64,000 nt of DNA from Bacteroidia bacterium (GTDB lineage Bacteria > Bacteroidota > Bacteroidia > UBA4408), in assembly GCA_043778625.1 (NCBI GenBank), contig JAYWFU010000031.1, positions 14,616 to 78,615 of the forward strand, in the 5' to 3' direction. Each line of letters starts with the position of its first letter. Position 1 is the stretch's first letter. Positions 56,052 through 64,000 of this stretch are shown piece by piece. Below the pieces are notes generated by a model. It did not search any database, was not told where the DNA came from, and worked only from the letters and a program-made list of their open reading frames with translations. The translations under genes were made by a program, and so were the position numbers.

Positions 56052-56106
56052 TCGCCTTGGTTCGTGTCCCCACGAAACAAGGTGAAAAACACGAACCAAG
56101 GCGAAG
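56052..56106. repeat. GC-rich hairpin element, copy 2, with duplicated 3' arm
   Basis: tcgccttggttcg-tgtcccca-cgaaAcaaggTga-aaaaca-cgaaccaaggcgaag. The 5' arm can pair with either a degenerate proximal arm or a perfect distal arm. Confidence 0.85.
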
Positions 56107-56170
56107 AAATTGTAATTATCAATTTCAAAAAAAACAACCATTACCCTCACACAAAAACTAACCACACACA

Positions 56171-57712
56171 ATGCTCGTAAAAACCTTTGGAAGTGCCGTA
56201 TATGGTATTAATGCAACTAGTATAACCGTGGAGGTAAGCACTGATGTAGGGTTTAAATTTTACCACGTGGGCCTACCCGATAATGCCGTAAAAGAAAGCC
56301 AACAACGCATTGAAACCGCTCTTAAACAAAGTGGCTACAAAATGCCAGGCAAAAAAATAGTAATAAACATGGCTCCCGCCGATATTAAAAAAGAAGGCAG
56401 CGCCTACGACCTTACCATAGCCATAGGCATACTAGCTTCCAGCGACCAAATACTACCCACACGCCCCCTGCACGATTATGTAATAATGGGCGAACTATCG
56501 TTAGACGGTACCCTGCAAAATATTAGAGGCGCATTACCCATAGCTTTAGAAGCCAAAAAACAAGGTTTCAAGGGCATAATACTACCTATGCACAACGTGC
56601 AGGAAGCCGCCATAGTAAACGACTTGGAGGTGTATGGTGCCAACACTATTGGCGAGGTAATACAGTTTTTTGAGGGCAAGGATTCATTACAACAACACAT
56701 TATTAACCATGCCGAAGTATTTAATAATCAGTTGCACCAGCTGGAGCACGATTTTTCGGACGTAAAAGGGCAAGAAAACATTAAGCGTGCCTTGGAAATA
56801 GCCGCCGCAGGCGGCCACAACCTACTACTAATAGGGCCACCGGGTGCAGGCAAAACAATGCTTGCCAAACGCTTACCCACCATACTGCCCCCACTTACGC
56901 TGGACGAAGCCATTGAAAGCACCAAAATACACAGTGTAGCAGGGCGTTTGGGCAAGGATACTCGCATTACATCGCTCCGCCCGTTTCGTGCACCACACCA
57001 CACTATTAGCGATGTGGCATTGGTGGGTGGGGGTGTTAATCCGCAACCTGGCGAAATATCATTAGCGCACAACGGCGTACTATTCCTGGACGAATTACCT
57101 GAGTTTAAACGCACCGTATTAGAAGTAATGCGCCAACCGCTGGAGGAACGCTGTGTAACAATATCGCGCGCACGGTTTAGTGTGGAGTTTCCAGCAAGTT
57201 TTATGTTGGTAGCCAGCATGAACCCCTGCCCTTGCGGATATTACAATCACCCCGAAAAACAATGCGTATGCCCACCAGGCTCGGTTACTAAGTATTTGAA
57301 CAAAATATCGGGCCCATTGTTAGACCGTATCGACATACATGTAGAGGTTACTCCTGTACCGTTTAACGATTTAACACGGGAGATGCCGTCGGAAAAAAGT
57401 ACTGTTATCCGTGATAGAGTAATAGCCGCTAGAGAGCTACAACACGCACGCTATGCTAAAATTAAGGGCTTGTATTGCAACGCTATGTTAAGCAGCAAGC
57501 AACAGCGCACGTATTGTGTTATTAACGAAGGTAGTACACAACTACTTAAAACCGCTGTGCAACGCATAGGGCTTAGCGCACGTGCCTACGACCGAATACT
57601 AAAGGTAGCACGCACCATAGCCGACCTTGAGGCAAGCCCCAATATTGAAATACAACATTTGGCCGAAGCCATACAATACCGCAGCTTGGATACTGATGCG
57701 TGGAATAAATAG
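56171..57712 (+). CDS. comM: YifB/ComM family Mg-chelatase-like AAA ATPase
   Basis: Lon-protease-like N-terminal domain, Walker A GPPGAGKT, LFLDELPEF, and a C-terminal helix-hairpin region. Confidence 0.9.
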   Translation: MLVKTFGSAVYGINATSITVEVSTDVGFKFYHVGLPDNAVKESQQRIETALKQSGYKMPGKKIVINMAPADIKKEGSAYDLTIAIGILASSDQILPTRPLHDYVIMGELSLDGTLQNIRGALPIALEAKKQGFKGIILPMHNVQEAAIVNDLEVYGANTIGEVIQFFEGKDSLQQHIINHAEVFNNQLHQLEHDFSDVKGQENIKRALEIAAAGGHNLLLIGPPGAGKTMLAKRLPTILPPLTLDEAIESTKIHSVAGRLGKDTRITSLRPFRAPHHTISDVALVGGGVNPQPGEISLAHNGVLFLDELPEFKRTVLEVMRQPLEERCVTISRARFSVEFPASFMLVASMNPCPCGYYNHPEKQCVCPPGSVTKYLNKISGPLLDRIDIHVEVTPVPFNDLTREMPSEKSTVIRDRVIAARELQHARYAKIKGLYCNAMLSSKQQRTYCVINEGSTQLLKTAVQRIGLSARAYDRILKVARTIADLEASPNIEIQHLAEAIQYRSLDTDAWNK

Positions 57713-57815
57713 TCTTAAAATAAAAATAGTGTAATGCAATTAACTACCAAAGCTTAACACAGTGTTCAGGTAAGGTAATATAAATTATTTTACCTGAATT
57801 CACTTACGGTATTCA

Positions 57816-58553
57816 TTACAGTTTTTTTTGTTCAATGTGTTCGTTAATAGCCACTAGATTAGGGTGTGTAACTAATAGTTGTTCTATTTCAGTATAGGTT
57901 AATTTATCAGCTCCATAATTTTGTATTAGTTCCTGTATTAATTCAAAGTCTTCGGCGGTATCTACCGTTATACGCAAATGGCTGTTGTTAGTGGCTTGCG
58001 TAATGTGGTGTAGTTGTACTTGGCCTGATTTGTTTTGCCAAATATAAGGGGTTACGTGTTCCAAATCAGCCATTTCGGTGGCATTGTTATACGCCTCTTT
58101 TAATAATTGAAACGAAAATAGTTCAAAATCGAAACCACGTGCATAGGTGCGCTCCACGCCGTTACCCATGTATAGGTTAGGGTTGTTGAGTTGCAGGTAA
58201 TGCGCAATGCTTTGTTGTATTAAATTACCGTCAATTAGTGGGCAGTCCGACGTTACTCGTACTATAATATCGTAATTAAATTTTAGTGCCGTTTCGTAAA
58301 ATCTACTTAATACATTATGTTCGCTACCTCTATAATAATTAATATTATTATCTAGTGCATATTGGCACACGCAATCATCGGTAGCGTTAATGGTGGTAGC
58401 TATTACAATAGAAGCTCCTGTGTGTTGTAAGCGTTCAATATGGTACTGTAATAGTGTTTTGTTATTTACCGTTTTCAATATCTTACCCAGCAAGCGCGTA
58501 CTCGTCATGCGTGCTTGTGTAATAATGCCAACTTTAGGAGTGTGCGGAAACAT
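57816..58553 (-). CDS. SpsF-like cytidylyltransferase-fold protein (nonulosonic-acid pathway associated)
   Basis: The N-terminus GIITQARMTSTRLLGKILK is typical of SpsF / acylneuraminate cytidylyltransferase-family proteins. Confidence 0.7.
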   Translation of the reverse strand: MFPHTPKVGIITQARMTSTRLLGKILKTVNNKTLLQYHIERLQHTGASIVIATTINATDDCVCQYALDNNINYYRGSEHNVLSRFYETALKFNYDIIVRVTSDCPLIDGNLIQQSIAHYLQLNNPNLYMGNGVERTYARGFDFELFSFQLLKEAYNNATEMADLEHVTPYIWQNKSGQVQLHHITQATNNSHLRITVDTAEDFELIQELIQNYGADKLTYTEIEQLLVTHPNLVAINEHIEQKKL

Positions 58554-58556
58554 TGT

Positions 58557-59360
58557 TTATTGTTTAAATTTCCAAACTATTAAGTTAGTAGTGTTTAAGG
58601 GTACTAAGCCTAATATATCCGTTTTTAACTCCACTATTTCTACATCGTTACGTTGTTGTAATACATACAATAGGTTACGGTTATAATCGTTAAGTTCCAT
58701 GTATTTATTACGCATTAATCCTAGCAGGCTTGTCCGCTCGTTTATAACGGTGGGTTCAAAATGCACTACATAGTTTATCTTGTGTTTTTGCTGTGCAAGA
58801 TTTTCTATAATTATGGTAGCATCAGGTATTTGCTCAATACTATGCGTGGTAAATATAGTAGTATTAGGTTTTATAAAATCGTAATCAGCATCGGTGTAGT
58901 AGTTAAACTCACGTACATCATACCCTAGTTTTTGCCCTAAGGTTACTGCATTTTTAGAGTACTCGCCTCCGTAAGCATTAGCACCCAAGTACGATAAGTT
59001 GTAACCATAGCCACAACCTAATTCACAAATATGCTCCGAAGTATAGTTGCTTATTTTTTCTTTTATAATATCGTAAAACTCCTTGCGAGCCTCAGCTACC
59101 GTGGCCGTAAACACATCGTCGCCTTTAGATATTGTTATTTGGCCAGTTATAGGGTGTAAGCCCGCTTGCTCAAATTCCAATGCTTTATACTCCTCCATCG
59201 TAGCTAAATCTACCTGTAATAGTTTAGCATATTTATCTAAATTATATTCGTTTTCTATTTGTTGTACGTCACGTGTTTTCTTAAAATCAACCATACCTAA
59301 TAAGCGTTTTGCCCACGGGTTGCTAGTGTTAAGGTATTCGTTTATGGATATTTGTTGCAT
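58557..59360 (-). CDS. class I SAM-dependent methyltransferase
   Basis: ICELGCGYGYNLSYLG motif I. 267 aa. Confidence 0.7.
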   Translation of the reverse strand: MQQISINEYLNTSNPWAKRLLGMVDFKKTRDVQQIENEYNLDKYAKLLQVDLATMEEYKALEFEQAGLHPITGQITISKGDDVFTATVAEARKEFYDIIKEKISNYTSEHICELGCGYGYNLSYLGANAYGGEYSKNAVTLGQKLGYDVREFNYYTDADYDFIKPNTTIFTTHSIEQIPDATIIIENLAQQKHKINYVVHFEPTVINERTSLLGLMRNKYMELNDYNRNLLYVLQQRNDVEIVELKTDILGLVPLNTTNLIVWKFKQ

Positions 59361-59366
59361 AGTGTA

Positions 59367-60008
59367 TTATTGTTTTTCTAGTAAATACATATAGTCCACA
59401 TTACTAGGGTTTTCAACGTAAGGGTACATTTCTTTTTTTACCAATTTTAAATCAGGAAATTGATTCATGAACAGTTGCGCATAATCAGCTTTCCATAAAT
59501 AATTAGTATGCCCACGATAATTTATTTCGGTTACCGTATCCGCATAATATTCAAAACCCCAAATGTATTTATTGGTGCAGCGGTACATTTCGGCCATTAT
59601 TTTAGGCAAATCGGTTGGCGAAATATGTATTAGCACACCATTGGTACACACAAGGTCAAAAAAATTATCCTTAAACGGTAAATCGAAACCTGAGCCTGTA
59701 ATTATGTTAATGTTTTTAGTGAGTTTTTTTGCTTCTTCTACCGCATACTGCTGTAACTCAACACCATAAATATTCTCAAAACCCATACGTTGCAGGCCGT
59801 TGAGTTGTAAACCTAAGTTACAGCCTACCTCCAATAGTTTAGTAGCTTTAGGTAGCTGCCCCAAAAACTCTTGGTTCATTTCTATTTTGGTTTTACCCCA
59901 ACATTGTTTGTAAAAAGCATCCCATTCTTCCATTGAATGTGGGTTGCGGTCGGTATATTCTTTACCAAAATCACCTTTCCAAAAATCTTGTTGCGCTGTT
60001 GTTTTCAT
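59367..60008 (-). CDS. pseudaminic acid biosynthesis-associated methylase-like protein
   Basis: FWKGDFGKEYTDRN N-terminus and LLEVGCNLGLQL motif I. The resemblance to the Pse-associated methylase family is recalled from memory. Confidence 0.65.
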   Translation of the reverse strand: MKTTAQQDFWKGDFGKEYTDRNPHSMEEWDAFYKQCWGKTKIEMNQEFLGQLPKATKLLEVGCNLGLQLNGLQRMGFENIYGVELQQYAVEEAKKLTKNINIITGSGFDLPFKDNFFDLVCTNGVLIHISPTDLPKIMAEMYRCTNKYIWGFEYYADTVTEINYRGHTNYLWKADYAQLFMNQFPDLKLVKKEMYPYVENPSNVDYMYLLEKQ

Positions 60009-60041
60009 TTATATGTAGTGTGTTATTAATTTATAAAATAG

Positions 60042-61619
60042 TTAAAATACGTGGTCGGCAGCTACTGCACCGTTGTTAAAAAAATCAAAATAATATCCGT
60101 TCAAAAACAGCGTATCGGCTTGCGCAGTAAGCCAACCACTTTTATTGTTAAAAAATGTTGCTAGCTCAGTATCCTCCGTTACGCTTATTGTTTTGGTTCC
60201 GTTAGGCGGTAGGCTAATTACACGTGTAAGTACAGCATCGTTATCCTCGCAATGAAAGTTAAGCGTAACATTGGCCGATTGTGCATAGTGCTTTAGCGAA
60301 GCTGAATTAGTAAGTACAATTTCTGAATTGCCCACGTTTACAAACGGCGCCCAGCGAAAAGTACTTGTTTTTTTTAACACATTAGGATTGCCCAATTGTG
60401 GCGCAAAACAAATATTACTTGGTAGCATTACTGCACTATTGTTAATACCAACATTTAAACCAAACTTAACACGCGTGGGTATGCGTTGTTTGTTTTCCCA
60501 ATTGCAAATTAAGTTTACTGCTTTAGCTTTAGCTACATCAATATTTTCGTCAATAGCTATTTTTCCAAAATCAATTTGCTCGTATTTATTGTCGCTACTT
60601 TTAATAAGTACATAGTTGTTCAGTAGCTTTATTAATACGCCTTCAGCATCATAAAATGCTAATGACAATTGAAAATCTGATGGCGAAAATATAGGATAAA
60701 TTGCTATACGTGTATAGTAATTATTAGTAATATATAGCGGAATGGCTACCGAGCTGTCGTTAAATAATTCATCTTTTCTGTTCCAAAAACTTTTTTCATC
60801 GTTTAGCTCCGAGCAATCGTAATAGGTATGTGTAATGCTTATTGTTTTGTTTTCGGTTTCGAAATTACCTACTGCAAAACGTGGAAATATTCCTTCTAAA
60901 TTATGTCCTAGTTTTATTGACCCTGCTTCGTTACCCAACATCTCCACTAAATTAATATGGTCTTTCAGTTTTAAAAATACCGTTTGGTAAGGTTGTAGTG
61001 GCACTATGCTAAACTGCCCCTTAAACGATTGTTGCTGTGCGTTATCAATAATGTAGGTAAATGTAGGATTACTATTAGGCAACGCTCCGTTGGTAAACGC
61101 TACAAACGGTGATAGCGTAGCACTACCGTAAATATCAAACCCTGACTCACGCACCTTGTATTCTTGGTTAAGGGTAAGGTCTTCAATATCGTTGTAAATA
61201 CGCCCTATGGAGTGTACTGCAGTGCTAAATTCATCGCCATAATACACTAGCACAAATGCAGAGTAAGGATACACTAAATCTTGTGTTGAAAATATTTCAA
61301 GCTCTAACGAACCTATAAAATCAGCGCCTATAACGTCAGTAAATTCATTTAATTGTATTGAAAATGCTTTGGCTGAATTTACCAATAAATACTTTCGTGC
61401 TAGTATTTGCCCAGTAGCTGCACGCAAGGTGTACAATAAGCCAATTTCTTTTATTTTACGCTTGAGTAACCAATAGCCCATAAAAATTATTTTGCTCGAA
61501 TAATCTTTATTATGTAGCACAGGGAATATTGCCGACGAACGAAATATAGGTTTTTGTGTAAGCAAAACTTCTTCGCCTACACTTTTAACGGCTTGTAAAT
61601 GGCTATATAACGAGCGCAT
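60042..61619 (-). CDS. 525-aa hypothetical protein embedded in the sugar locus
   Basis: A long uninterrupted ORF between pseC and the methylases. It has no signal peptide, no TM and no motif that I recognise. Confidence 0.5.
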   Translation of the reverse strand: MRSLYSHLQAVKSVGEEVLLTQKPIFRSSAIFPVLHNKDYSSKIIFMGYWLLKRKIKEIGLLYTLRAATGQILARKYLLVNSAKAFSIQLNEFTDVIGADFIGSLELEIFSTQDLVYPYSAFVLVYYGDEFSTAVHSIGRIYNDIEDLTLNQEYKVRESGFDIYGSATLSPFVAFTNGALPNSNPTFTYIIDNAQQQSFKGQFSIVPLQPYQTVFLKLKDHINLVEMLGNEAGSIKLGHNLEGIFPRFAVGNFETENKTISITHTYYDCSELNDEKSFWNRKDELFNDSSVAIPLYITNNYYTRIAIYPIFSPSDFQLSLAFYDAEGVLIKLLNNYVLIKSSDNKYEQIDFGKIAIDENIDVAKAKAVNLICNWENKQRIPTRVKFGLNVGINNSAVMLPSNICFAPQLGNPNVLKKTSTFRWAPFVNVGNSEIVLTNSASLKHYAQSANVTLNFHCEDNDAVLTRVISLPPNGTKTISVTEDTELATFFNNKSGWLTAQADTLFLNGYYFDFFNNGAVAADHVF

Positions 61620-61624
61620 ACTTT

Positions 61625-62803
61625 TTATTTAAAATTTAAAATTGTTTCAATTACATAGTCTTGCTCTTCGTAGCTTAACGAATGATACATAGGTATGCTC
61701 AAGCAATTATCATAATATAATTCAGCATTGGGGTAGTCGCCTTTTTTGTGCCCAAAGGCTTGGTAATAAGGCATTAAATGCACTGGTACATAGTGTACTT
61801 GTGCAAATATATTATTCGTTTTTAAATAATTGTACAACCCTAAACGGTTAGTAGTTTGTATCACATACAAATGATACGCATTACCCGCTGCTGCTAATGG
61901 AGTAGTAATAGGCGTGTTAGCAAAAGCTTTATCATAGCGTGCTGCTAAGGCTTTGCGGTGTAGTAAGTTTTCGGCAGCACGTTGTAATTGTGATGTACCC
62001 AACGCTGCCTGAAAATCAGTCAGGCGATAATTGTAACCTAAGGTTTGTATTTCGTAATACCAACCACCTTGCGCTACATCGGTAGTTAAGTTGGTAAACT
62101 TGCTTGCATCTTTGGTTATACCGTGCGTACGAAGTATATTTATTTTATCGTACAGTACTTTATTGTTCGTAGTTATCATTCCGCCTTCGCCTGTGGCAAT
62201 GTGCTTCACAGGATGAAACGAAAATATGGCTAAGTCGGCAAAGTTGCCATTCCCACAGTGTTGTTGTTTGTTATTAGTATCTACAAAATATCCACCTGGT
62301 GCATGGCAAGCATCTTCAATAATCCAGCAACCGTATTCGTTAGCTAGTTGTCTAAATACTTGTAAATCTACAGTGTTTCCTGCAAAATCTACAGGAATAA
62401 TTCCGCTGTAATATCCTTTAGGTTTTGATTCTAAAAGGGCACGTACTTTATTAATATCTAACAAAAATGTGGCGGGGTCAATATCAGCAAAGTGTACCTC
62501 GCCACCACAATAGCGCACACAATTGGCTGATGCTGCAAAGGTAATTGGGCTAGTTATTACACGTGTTGTAGTGTTTACTTCTAACGCCATTGCACATAAG
62601 TGTAAGGCAGCAGTACCGTTGGCTAAGGCTATTACATACTTAGCGCCCACGTAGTTGGCAAAAGCAGTTTCAAATTCGGCAACGCTTGGACCTTGTGTTA
62701 AGTAGTCTAATTTTAATACCTTAACTACTGCTTCAATATCAGCATCTGTAATCGTTTGACGACCATAAGGAATTATGTTTGTAGGTAAAGTAGTTACGCT
62801 CAT
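61625..62803 (-). CDS. pseC: UDP-4-amino-4,6-dideoxy-N-acetyl-beta-L-altrosamine transaminase-like (DegT/DnrJ/EryC1 family)
   Basis: IPYGRQTITDADIEAV...YLTQGPSVAEFE N-terminus and FSFHPVKHI (PLP lysine). Confidence 0.8.
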   Translation of the reverse strand: MSVTTLPTNIIPYGRQTITDADIEAVVKVLKLDYLTQGPSVAEFETAFANYVGAKYVIALANGTAALHLCAMALEVNTTTRVITSPITFAASANCVRYCGGEVHFADIDPATFLLDINKVRALLESKPKGYYSGIIPVDFAGNTVDLQVFRQLANEYGCWIIEDACHAPGGYFVDTNNKQQHCGNGNFADLAIFSFHPVKHIATGEGGMITTNNKVLYDKINILRTHGITKDASKFTNLTTDVAQGGWYYEIQTLGYNYRLTDFQAALGTSQLQRAAENLLHRKALAARYDKAFANTPITTPLAAAGNAYHLYVIQTTNRLGLYNYLKTNNIFAQVHYVPVHLMPYYQAFGHKKGDYPNAELYYDNCLSIPMYHSLSYEEQDYVIETILNFK

Positions 62804-62828
62804 TGTAATATTGTTTAAGATAAAGTAA

Positions 62829-63845
<1,017 letters not shown>

Positions 63846-64000
63846 TGTGTAAGGTAGCGTAATAAATATTATAATGTTCAAAGTTAGTAGAGTTTAACTA
63901 AAAAGCAAAGATTTAGCGGTATGTGTTTGTAATTGATTGTTAGCTGAGCTATTTCAGCTAAAATGCTATAATTATTTACAAGGAAATCATACCAATTAAA

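Noticed and set aside
55579-56106. CRISPR-like repeats
   Set aside because: There are only two copies, about 470 bp apart, and they are themselves palindromic hairpins flanking an ORF. There is no regular repeat-spacer array and no cas genes anywhere in the window.
55667-56137. 156-aa minus-strand ORF rich in F/L/S
   Set aside because: It is the antisense reading of the Lys-rich plus-strand ORF (AAA/AAG read as TTT/CTT) and runs through both hairpin elements. It is a low-complexity artefact.
52920-56170. Intact prophage or integrative element at tRNA-Arg
   Set aside because: No integrase/recombinase, no structural or replication genes, and no visible direct repeat of the tRNA 3' end. At most it is a remnant islet.
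56728-57219. 163-aa minus-strand ORF
   Set aside because: It is antisense within comM (Walker A/B region). Its Ser/Arg-rich composition is typical of a shadow ORF.

Overview
This is an AT-rich chromosomal segment that looks like Bacteroidota. The evidence is several T9SS C-terminal sorting domains, a PorV/PorQ-like barrel, bshC, rpoN and TAnnTTTG -7 promoter motifs. I support about 60 CDS, one tRNA-Arg(CCG) and the SRP RNA. There are no rRNA genes, CRISPR arrays, transposases or integrases.

Most of the window is core metabolism and housekeeping: recG, lysA, lysC, bshC, rseP, prmC, an ABC-F ATPase, rpoN, rnz, rpsA, nfu and comM. Five secreted T9SS cargo proteins are also present, including a 1467-aa protein with a PKD array and a lipase domain.

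Small, visibly more AT-rich accessory insertions sit between the core genes.
- The best candidate for an undescribed system is a tightly packed two-gene cassette at 17449-19538. It encodes an ABC/OLD-type ATPase and a small Toprim/DUF4276-like protein, and it is wedged into a housekeeping gene string. It resembles a split OLD / PARIS / AbiL-type defence module, but the small partner is atypical.
- An islet next to tRNA-Arg (52920-56170) holds an XRE regulator facing a three-gene orphan operon. It also holds decayed toxin-antitoxin-like genes, a 29-bp perfect inverted repeat and paired GC-rich hairpins.
- A decayed duplicate of the prmC 5' end bounds a 0.9-kb cassette.
- Tandem zinc-ribbon membrane paralogues are coupled to a CPBP protease.
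- A GC-rich double-hairpin element occurs in inverted copies around the start of a DUF559 gene.
- A pseudaminic-acid-like sugar locus has a pseB with two in-frame TAG codons and contains a 525-aa orphan gene.

All family assignments come from motifs read by eye. No searches were run.
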